From contig NZ_CP010341.1 in assembly GCF_000940845.1 (NCBI RefSeq), positions 240,001 to 272,000 on the forward strand: DNA of 32,000 nt. Reading direction: 5' to 3'. Of this stretch, positions 26,350-32,000 are shown piece after piece. The position numbers were made by a program, and so were the translations under genes. The DNA comes from Propionibacterium freudenreichii subsp. freudenreichii. GTDB lineage: Bacteria > Actinomycetota > Actinomycetes > Propionibacteriales > Propionibacteriaceae. The notes beneath the pieces are model-generated. The model had not been told where the DNA came from and searched no databases. It saw only the letters and a program-made list of their open reading frames with translations. Each line of letters opens with the position of its first letter. Within the stretch, counting starts at the first letter, position 1.

Positions 26350-27792
26350 TCAGTTGATCGGGCTGGTGCCCAGGGTGAGGGACGCCGTCTGCGTGCCGCC
26401 GCCGTATCCCGACGACACGGTGACCGAGACCTTGTCGCCCGGCTTGTGCTGCGCCAACACGCTGCTCAGCGTGGCCTGCGAATCAATCCGGGTGCCGTCC
26501 ACCGCGGTGATCACCTGGCCGACGCTCAACCCGGCCGCTGCGGCCGGCCCGTCGGAGACCACCTGCGAGATGGTCACGCTGCCCGACTGCGAGGACTGCA
26601 CGGTCACGCCCAGGTAGGCCTTGGGTCCCACCTGCACCGTGCCCGAGGACTGGCCCGACTCGATCTGCTTGACGATGGACATCGCCCGCGCGATCGGGAT
26701 CGCATAGCTCGACACCGTGCTCGACTGGCCGGTGCGGGAGTTCGTCTGGGTTTCGCCGGCGGTGGTGATGCCCATCACCTCATTCTCGGCGTCGAACATC
26801 GGGCCGCCCGAGTCACCGGGCACCGCCTGGGTGCTCGTCTCGTACACATTGGTCAGCGTCTCGGTCTGGGAAGCGCTGGTCTCGTTCTGCACCGTGATGC
26901 TCGACGAGGTGGACACCACCTGCCCGGTGGCGGCCGACAGATAGCCCTGGCCCGACGAATTGCCCACGGCGGTCACCTGGTCGCCGGTGTTGACGGTGTC
27001 GCTGTCGATGGTCACGGTGTCGAGGCCCGAGGCGCCGTCGAGCTTGAGCAGCGCCACGTCATTGGTGGCGTCACGGCCCACCACGGTCGCGTTGTACTGC
27101 TTGTTCGTCGACGCCACGGTCGCGGTGATCTGGGTGCTGGTCTCCACCACGTGGTAGTTCGTCAACACATAGCCGTCGGAGCTGAGCACCATGCCGGAGC
27201 CGGCGGCCGCACCCGAGGTGGTCTGCGTGGTGATGAGCACCACGCCCTTGCTCTGCGCCTCGCTGGCCGTGGTCTGCGACTGCGCCACCGCCCGCTGGGA
27301 ACTGGTGGAGGGGCTCGCCTGCGCGGGCTGGGTGGCCGAGGGGGTGCTCACCGGCAGTTGGCCGATGCCCGAGCCCGACCAATTGGGGGCCACCAGCGCG
27401 ACCGCCATGGCGAGCACGACCACCAGCGCGGTGAGCAGGGCGGCCAACCTGGTGTTGGGGCCCTTGTGATTGTTCGAGGGGGGATAGACGCCCCAGTTCG
27501 CGCCATTCGGTGCGGGCGGGTATCCGCCGTAGCCACCCCCGTTGCCCGCAGCATTGCTGAATGCCGCAGCCGCCGACGGGTCGGCGTTGAAGGTGGAGCT
27601 GCCGTCATCGAGCGATGCCGGCGACCAGGTCGCGTCCCAGGTCTCCCGGGGGGCCTGCCAGCCCTGCTGGGCAGCCGAGGATTGCTGCGTCGCCGGGGGC
27701 TGCATGGCAGGACCCGAGCCGGCGGGCGTGGTTGAACCGGTGCCCGCACCCTCAGCCGAGTGTGCGTTGTACTGGTCGTTTCGTTCGCTCAT
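26350..27792 (-). CDS. HtrA/PepD-like S1C serine protease with C-terminal PDZ domain
   Basis: 480 aa. Low-complexity N-terminal cytoplasmic region, then TM LAALLTALVVVLAMAVALVA. Trypsin-like domain with His in LTNYHVV, Asp in NDVALLKL and Ser in PGDSGGP. PDZ: YLGVTVQ...GPAAAAGLSVGQVITAVDGTRI. Confidence 0.9.
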   Translation of the reverse strand: MSERNDQYNAHSAEGAGTGSTTPAGSGPAMQPPATQQSSAAQQGWQAPRETWDATWSPASLDDGSSTFNADPSAAAAFSNAAGNGGGYGGYPPAPNGANWGVYPPSNNHKGPNTRLAALLTALVVVLAMAVALVAPNWSGSGIGQLPVSTPSATQPAQASPSTSSQRAVAQSQTTASEAQSKGVVLITTQTTSGAAAGSGMVLSSDGYVLTNYHVVETSTQITATVASTNKQYNATVVGRDATNDVALLKLDGASGLDTVTIDSDTVNTGDQVTAVGNSSGQGYLSAATGQVVSTSSSITVQNETSASQTETLTNVYETSTQAVPGDSGGPMFDAENEVMGITTAGETQTNSRTGQSSTVSSYAIPIARAMSIVKQIESGQSSGTVQVGPKAYLGVTVQSSQSGSVTISQVVSDGPAAAAGLSVGQVITAVDGTRIDSQATLSSVLAQHKPGDKVSVTVSSGYGGGTQTASLTLGTSPIN

Positions 27793-27850
27793 CGTCGTCT
27801 CTCTTCCCGCCCTGCGCCTGCCCGGTCAGGAGCTAGCTGCCCGGGCCTTC

Positions 27851-27873
27851 CACGGTGTTTCGGTCAGTCACCG
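27851..27873. repeat. 23-bp core repeat, copy A (CACGGTGTTTCGGTCAGTCACCG)
   Basis: Identical to 28240-28262. It lies 58 nt upstream of protease ATG 27792 (minus strand). On the minus strand it is preceded by GGAACA-N18-GTTG (27905-27878). Confidence 0.9.
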
Positions 27874-27980
27874 TTGACAACCATTAGAGGTGGCCGCCTT
27901 GTTCCGAGCCTGAGTGGTCTCTGTGCCATTCCTGTGAGCGGTGGCGGGTGTTTTCCGGCCCTCGTGAAGGTGCCGGAACA

Positions 27981-28016
27981 CCAGAGGGGCTCCCCACATG
28001 TGGGGAGCCCCTCTGG
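27981..28016. terminator. Perfect 36-bp palindrome (16-bp stem, 4-nt loop), a strong bidirectional terminator-like hairpin
   Basis: CCAGAGGGGCTCCCCA-CATG-TGGGGAGCCCCTCTGG. Followed by CTCTGTTCG on the plus strand and TGTTCCGG on the minus strand. Confidence 0.55.
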
Positions 28017-28239
28017 CTCTGTTCGTATGAAGAAGCGGTGGTGCAATCTCGGTGCGGCATTGCACGGGGTGATGTCCGACCAGGAAAACCCTCATCGGCA
28101 TGGGAGTTTCAATGCCCGCGAGCCTATGGTGCTCGACAGCCAGCAACGAGCAAACCAGCTGCCGTGCGGCCCAGTCTCTCGCGGGCCCATCGTTCCTCGT
28201 CCTGCCTCCCGACCAGCGAGCTAACCAGCCGGGGTCGTA

Positions 28240-28262
28240 CACGGTGTTTCGGTCAGTCACCG
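28240..28262. repeat. 23-bp core repeat, copy B
   Basis: Identical to 27851-27873. It lies 83 nt downstream of the PDZ-less protease stop. On the minus strand it is preceded by GCGACA-N18-GTTG (28293-28266) and followed after 49 nt by GAGGAA-CG-ATG (ATG 28190). Confidence 0.9.
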
Positions 28263-28344
28263 CACCAACAATTGGAAACGGCGAGGTTGTCGCCCAGCTG
28301 GGCGAAACCTGTGATTGACCTGTGGACGGCGACGTTTACGCCTG

Positions 28345-29670
28345 TCACGGCCCCATTTGCACGGTGCCCGAAGGTTCATTCCTTGAGATCTTGTTGGCGA
28401 TGTCGAGCGCCCGCGCGATGGGCACCACATAGGCCGTGGCGAACTGGCTGCCGTCGTCGGCGCTCCCGGCGGTGGTCAGGCCGATCACCTCGGTCTGGGA
28501 GTCGTAGGTGGGTCCGCCCGAATCGCCGTGCATGGCGCGCGAACTCGTCTCGTAGACACCCGACAGTTGGTTCGTCGCGGTGCTGCCCTCGTCGCGGGTG
28601 AGGATCGACTCATTGGTCGACAGCACCTCGCCGGGGGCGGCCATGATCTTGCGTCGTCCGTCGGTGTTGCCCACCGAGGTCACCTGGTCGCCGGCGCGCA
28701 CGCCATCGGCGTCGATCTTCACGGTCGGCAGCCCGCTGGCCCCATTGAGGCTGAGCAGGGCCACGTCATTGGCCTTGTCGTGCCCCAGCACCTTGGCGCT
28801 GTAGGTCGACCCGGTGGACGCGATCGTCACATTGATCGTGCCATTGGTGCCCTGCACCACGTGGTAGTTCGTCAGCACGATGCCCGAATCGCCGATCACC
28901 ATGCCGGTGCCGGCCGATCCCTCGGTGACCGACAACATGGCCTCCACGATGGCCACGCCACGGATCTGGTCGCCGCTCGCGTCGGTCTGCTCGGCCGACG
29001 GGGCAGTGGGGCGCACCGTGGCACCCGGATCGTTCGGCGAGGCGTTCGGCATGAAGGGCGTGTAGTTGCCCCAGCTGGCGGCACCGCTTGCCGGCGGGGC
29101 CAGGCCCGGCATGGTCGGACGCAGCAGCACACCGATCGAGCCGAACAGGGCGCCGGTGAACACCACCAGGGCCAGGCCGATTACCAACAACAGTGGCCCG
29201 CGACGCCGTCGGGGCGGCTGCGGGGCCGGCCCCCAACCACCACCCCAGCTGCTCTGGCCGGGGCCCGGCGGCGGTGGCGTCCACCCGCCCCCGAAGCTGG
29301 CCTGCCCCTGCTGTACCGGGTAGCCGCCCCAGGGCTGCTGGCCCGGCGCGGGCGGTGGATAGTCGCCGGGAATGAAGAAGGGTGCCGTCGGTACCTGCGT
29401 GTTCGGTGCTGGGTTGTCGGGTGCTGGGCCGTTCGGTGTGGGACTGTCCGGTGTTGGGTCGTTCAGCGCTTGCCCGTCCGACACCTGGGCATGCGGCACG
29501 GGGCGGTAAGAGCGCGCCCAGGGGCTGGGTGCATCGGGGCCGGGCATGGCAGCCCACGGATCCGGGTCGCCATGGGTAGGGTCCGTCGCGCTGCGGATGG
29601 GTCCAGCGTGGTTTCGGGCGGCGTCGTCCCGGCGGGGCTGGTGCGGGTGGGGTCCGTACTGGTCGCTCAT
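28345..29670 (-). CDS. HtrA-like S1C serine protease paralogue lacking a PDZ domain
   Basis: 441 aa from ATG 29670 (GAGGAG upstream). The track start 29919 adds 83 non-homologous aa. Pro/Gly-rich N-terminal roughly 200 aa, then TM LLLVIGLALVVFTGALFGSIGVLL. Triad His (LTNYHVV), Asp (NDVALLSL), Ser (HGDSGGP). It ends ...SGTVQMGP*. Confidence 0.85.
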   Translation of the reverse strand: MSDQYGPHPHQPRRDDAARNHAGPIRSATDPTHGDPDPWAAMPGPDAPSPWARSYRPVPHAQVSDGQALNDPTPDSPTPNGPAPDNPAPNTQVPTAPFFIPGDYPPPAPGQQPWGGYPVQQGQASFGGGWTPPPPGPGQSSWGGGWGPAPQPPRRRRGPLLLVIGLALVVFTGALFGSIGVLLRPTMPGLAPPASGAASWGNYTPFMPNASPNDPGATVRPTAPSAEQTDASGDQIRGVAIVEAMLSVTEGSAGTGMVIGDSGIVLTNYHVVQGTNGTINVTIASTGSTYSAKVLGHDKANDVALLSLNGASGLPTVKIDADGVRAGDQVTSVGNTDGRRKIMAAPGEVLSTNESILTRDEGSTATNQLSGVYETSSRAMHGDSGGPTYDSQTEVIGLTTAGSADDGSQFATAYVVPIARALDIANKISRNEPSGTVQMGP

Positions 29671-29796
29671 CTGGGATGCTCTCCTCGCCGTTGACGGGAA
29701 CTTGGGGGATTGCACCGGTCGGCCTCGCCAATTATGCCCCAGCCTCCTGACAGTTCCCGGAGCCCCGCTGTGGCGCATATGGGACAGCGTGCGAGT

Positions 29797-29811
29797 GATC
29801 ACGGCGTGATC
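29797..29811. promoter_or_regulatory. 15-bp palindrome GATCACG-G-CGTGATC upstream of the PDZ-less protease gene
   Basis: Perfect 7-bp arms around a single central base, 127 nt upstream of ATG 29670. Confidence 0.25.
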
Positions 29812-29977
29812 CCACGGGGTAACGGTGGCACCGGTGCAACAAGGGAACCCCGGTGTCGCGAGCGGTGCGGACATCCCGTAGCGTGTGGTTCCACCACCCC
29901 GCGATGTACGACGAGACACACACTGTTATCGTCTGTATGTGCGCTTGTCAGGACTAATCTGACGGCACGAGGGAAAC

Positions 29978-30051
29978 GGCGATCGTCACGATCGGCGGGA
30001 GGTGCGAAAAACAGACTCAGCGTCGAGCCGAGGCGACAGCCGTTCGCACCT
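29978..30051. promoter_or_regulatory. Near-palindrome GGCGATCGTCACGATCGGC plus a 9-bp-stem hairpin in the long divergent intergenic region
   Basis: Near-palindrome at 29978-29996 (two CGATCG cores). AGGTGCGAA (30000-30008) pairs with TTCGCACCT (30043-30051). A CA-rich tract follows (30052-30100). Confidence 0.3.
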
Positions 30052-30299
30052 CAGCAACACAGTCGGTCAAGCAGCACAGACACCACAGCAGCACACAAAC
30101 GGGGCCCCCCACGAAGCGCAGCATTCACCCGGTGGATGGCGCGTCGACCCATCACCATCAGTCAGCCATTGAGCAGACGCGTCTATTGGGCGGCGGTCTA
30201 CCGGAGTGAAAGAAGAACAGTGTTTGCGTCACTGAAAGAGGAGAAGCGTGCGGCCGACCTGAGCCGTGCGCGCCGGTCTTCCTGCTGGTCATCATCTCG

Positions 30300-31535
30300 A
30301 TGGGCAGCTCGATCATCTACACGCCGGCCTACCTGAAGTTCGTCTTCTACAACGAGCTGATGGCGGCCCTGCACATCACCAACGAACAGGTTGGCACGCT
30401 GCTCTCGGCCTACGCCATCACGGCGACCATCTGTTACCTGCCCTCGGGCATCGTGGCCGACAAGGTGCGCGCCCGCACGCTGTCGTGGGTGGGCTTCGCG
30501 CTCACCGCCTTGCTCACCTTCGTCTATGCGACGCTGCCGTCGTACAACACGCTGATGTTCGTGTTCGTGGGCATGGGCCTCACCACGATCCTCATCTGGT
30601 GGGGCATCCGCTTCAAGGTGATCCGCCTGATCTCCGGTGAGGGCGAGTACTCGCGCAATATCGGCCTGTCCTACGGCCTGTACGGCGCAGCCGGCCTGGT
30701 GGTCGGCCTGGTGAACACCTTCATCGTGACCAAGCTCGCCGCCAGCCCCGAGGTGGGCATGCGCGTGCTGATCATCTTCCTGGGCATCCTCATCGCCGTG
30801 CTCGCCGTGCTGTCGTTCCTCTTCATCCCGCGCTTCGCGGGTGAGATCGGCGGCGACGGAACCGGCTTCAGCTTCAAGGGCGTCGGCAAGGCCCTCACCA
30901 TGCCGGTGGTCTGGCTGAGCTCGGCCTGCATGTTCTTCGTGTACTTCTACTACACCGGCGTCACCTACACCACGCCCTACCTGAAAGGCGCGCTCGGCGC
31001 CTCGGCCAAGCTGGTGCTGCTCATCGGCACCATCCGCACCTACGGCATCACCCTGTTCTCCGGCCCGGTATTCGGTGCCATCGCCTCCAAGGTGGGCTCG
31101 CCCTCCCGCGTGATCACCGTCGGCTCGGTGCTCGCAGCCGTCGTGCTCCTCGGCTTCGTCTTCCTGCCGCAGAAGCCGGCCATCGCCGTGCTCGCCGCAG
31201 TGCTGGTGATCTTCCTGGGCTTCGTCGCCAACGGCGTCTTCGGCATCGTCTCGGGTCAGCTCACCGAGGGCAAGGTGCCCCTGGAGGTCTTCGGTACCGC
31301 CTCGGGCCTGCTGTCAGTGGTCGGGTTCCTGCCTGATACCTTCTCGAGCACTTGGTTCGGAAAGCTGATGGACCAGAAGGGCAATGCCGCCTACGACGAC
31401 ATCTTCATCATCCTGGCCATCTCGGCGCTCATTGCTGGCGCCATCGCCGTGGTGCTGCTCTGGTACGTCAAGAAGCACAAGGCCGACGAGCCCCTTGACG
31501 AGGCAGTCGCCGACGCCGGCATCGTGGAGGCATGA
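30300..31535 (+). CDS. MFS transporter (N-terminus apparently truncated or frameshifted)
   Basis: 411 aa from ATG 30300. MFS motif A-like GIVADKVRAR after the first complete helix, and multiple TM segments throughout. ATG 30300 falls in the middle of a hydrophobic in-frame stretch (PVFLLVIIS|MGSSIIY) that has no start codon upstream. See findings. Confidence 0.75.
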   Translation: MGSSIIYTPAYLKFVFYNELMAALHITNEQVGTLLSAYAITATICYLPSGIVADKVRARTLSWVGFALTALLTFVYATLPSYNTLMFVFVGMGLTTILIWWGIRFKVIRLISGEGEYSRNIGLSYGLYGAAGLVVGLVNTFIVTKLAASPEVGMRVLIIFLGILIAVLAVLSFLFIPRFAGEIGGDGTGFSFKGVGKALTMPVVWLSSACMFFVYFYYTGVTYTTPYLKGALGASAKLVLLIGTIRTYGITLFSGPVFGAIASKVGSPSRVITVGSVLAAVVLLGFVFLPQKPAIAVLAAVLVIFLGFVANGVFGIVSGQLTEGKVPLEVFGTASGLLSVVGFLPDTFSSTWFGKLMDQKGNAAYDDIFIILAISALIAGAIAVVLLWYVKKHKADEPLDEAVADAGIVEA

Positions 31536-31593
31536 GGCCAACATGGCGGAAAAGCTGAACGTCCCCGGCCTGTGGAGTGCCGAGATGGGGTAG

Positions 31594-32000
31594 GTGATCG
31601 CCAAGCAGAACGAGCTTGCGGGCGACGCCTTCGCCACCGACGTCACGCCGGCCCAGATGCGTGAGAACTACGACACCGAACGCGCCTTCTGGAACGAGGG
31701 CGGCCCGCAGATGGCCCGGACCACCGATCGTGAGGTGGCCACGGCCTATGGCGCGGTGTCGGTGCGTCAGTACCGTCCCGCCGGGCCGGCACCGCAAGAC
31801 ACCCTGCCGGTGATCGTCTTCATCCACGGCGGCGGCTGGGTGGTGGGCAATCCGACCACCCACGACCGCATCACGCGCATCCTGGCCGACTCGACCAAGG
31901 CCTGCGTGGTGAGCGTGGACTACACGCTGTCGCCGGAGGCGAAGTATCCCCGGGCACTCAACGAGTGCGTCGTCGGGTGCGTGCCCTGGTGGACGCACCC
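31594..32000 (+). CDS. aes: Alpha/beta hydrolase fold-3 esterase (Aes-like), 3' end outside window; upstream 16 codons cut off by an in-frame TAG
   Basis: Reading from GTG 31594: VIAKQNELAGDAF...ERAFWNEGGPQMA...LPVIVFIHGGGWVVGNPTTHDRITRILA...VVSVDYTLSPEAKYP. This includes the HGGG oxyanion motif of the HSL/Aes family. The same frame upstream reads ATG 31543 MAEKLNVPGLWSAEMG then TAG 31591-31593. Confidence 0.75.
   Translation, partial: MIAKQNELAGDAFATDVTPAQMRENYDTERAFWNEGGPQMARTTDREVATAYGAVSVRQYRPAGPAPQDTLPVIVFIHGGGWVVGNPTTHDRITRILADSTKACVVSVDYTLSPEAKYPRALNECVVGCVPWWTH

Larger units (their letters stand above)
27975..28262 (-). ncRNA. Hypothetical structured non-coding transcript (candidate sRNA) between the two protease genes
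   Basis: It starts at copy B of the promoter/leader module and ends at the 36-bp palindrome. It contains only a 32-codon ORF with atypical codons (28190-28092) and several local hairpins (e.g. GTGCAAT/ATTGCAC 28041-28065). I found no match to any RNA family I can recognise. Purely predictive. Confidence 0.2.

Noticed and set aside
27874-28239. Possibility that the spacer between the protease genes is a known housekeeping RNA (tmRNA, RNase P RNA, SRP RNA, 6S) or a known riboswitch
   Set aside because: On neither strand could I find the hallmark sequences: tmRNA GGGG...GGTTCGA...CCACCA, RNase P GAGGAAAGTCCGGGC, the SRP GGAA/AGCA domain IV motif, or the core motifs of the TPP, cobalamin, SAM, glycine, FMN or ZTP riboswitches. 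It is kept only as an unclassified candidate.
28092-28260. Small ORFs in the spacer: the 32-codon ORF from ATG 28190, and track ORFs 27868..28260 (130 aa) and 27864..28046 (60 aa)
   Set aside because: Codon usage is atypical (ATA, TTG, AAA, ACT). The SD-to-ATG spacing is only 2-3 nt for the 32-codon ORF. The longer ORFs run through the 36-bp palindrome and the promoter-like module. No protein-like features are present.
28263-28344. Frameshifted PDZ remnant downstream of the truncated protease (+2 frame reads AVTGVNVAVHRSITGFAQLGDNLAVSN, faintly like YLGVTVQ...AGL..GD.I.AV.G)
   Set aside because: The similarity is only a few residues long. The same DNA is better explained as the upstream half of promoter-like module B, which aligns with module A at the same spacing. 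This is not enough evidence for a relic domain.
31591-31593. In-frame TAG as a programmed recoding event (pyrrolysine or read-through)
   Set aside because: The window has no Pyl machinery and no recoding signals. Actinobacteria are not known to use TAG as a sense codon. A nonsense mutation or sequencing error, with possible restart at the adjacent GTG, is the simpler explanation.

Overview
Very GC-rich actinobacterial chromosomal segment. Three things point to Propionibacteriaceae (Propionibacterium or Acidipropionibacterium type), as inference only: the crgA / DUF881 / trpG synteny, a FolP2-type gene, and a roughly 1130-aa PPi-type PEP carboxykinase. I support about 26 protein genes. In order: the tail of an AbiEii-like toxin gene; a FolP2-like gene followed by a TetR + two half-transporter ABC exporter operon (translationally coupled, with a clear operator and promoter); an APC amino-acid permease; a cupin + SAM-methyltransferase pair; an ABC-F ATPase with a structured leader; lysS; a second methyltransferase; a 2-oxoacid dehydrogenase E1alpha/E1beta/E2 operon; a conserved hypothetical gene behind an AT-rich palindrome-laden region; crgA; a DUF881 gene; trpG/pabA; an aldo-keto reductase; PPi-PEPCK; a lipoprotein; two tandem HtrA-like serine proteases; an MFS transporter; and the start of an Aes-like esterase. 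I recognised no rRNA, tRNA, CRISPR, transposase or integrase. Most interesting observations: (1) a duplicated promoter/leader module with a perfectly conserved 23-bp core brackets a roughly 390-bp structured, apparently non-coding spacer between the two protease genes, which is a candidate stress-coregulated sRNA locus; (2) the upstream protease paralogue stops exactly at the protease/PDZ boundary; (3) the MFS gene seems to have lost its start and TM1 to a 1-nt frameshift, and the adjacent esterase gene carries an in-frame TAG at codon 17, suggesting a decaying operon or sequence errors; (4) the ABC-F gene has a leader with hairpins and a 3-codon mini-ORF; (5) the E2 subunit seems to lack a peripheral-subunit-binding domain. 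All coordinates were derived by hand from the printed sequence. Family calls rest on motifs and on memory of family sequences, not on searches. Many long ORFs in the supplied track are antisense or out-of-frame artefacts typical of high-GC DNA.
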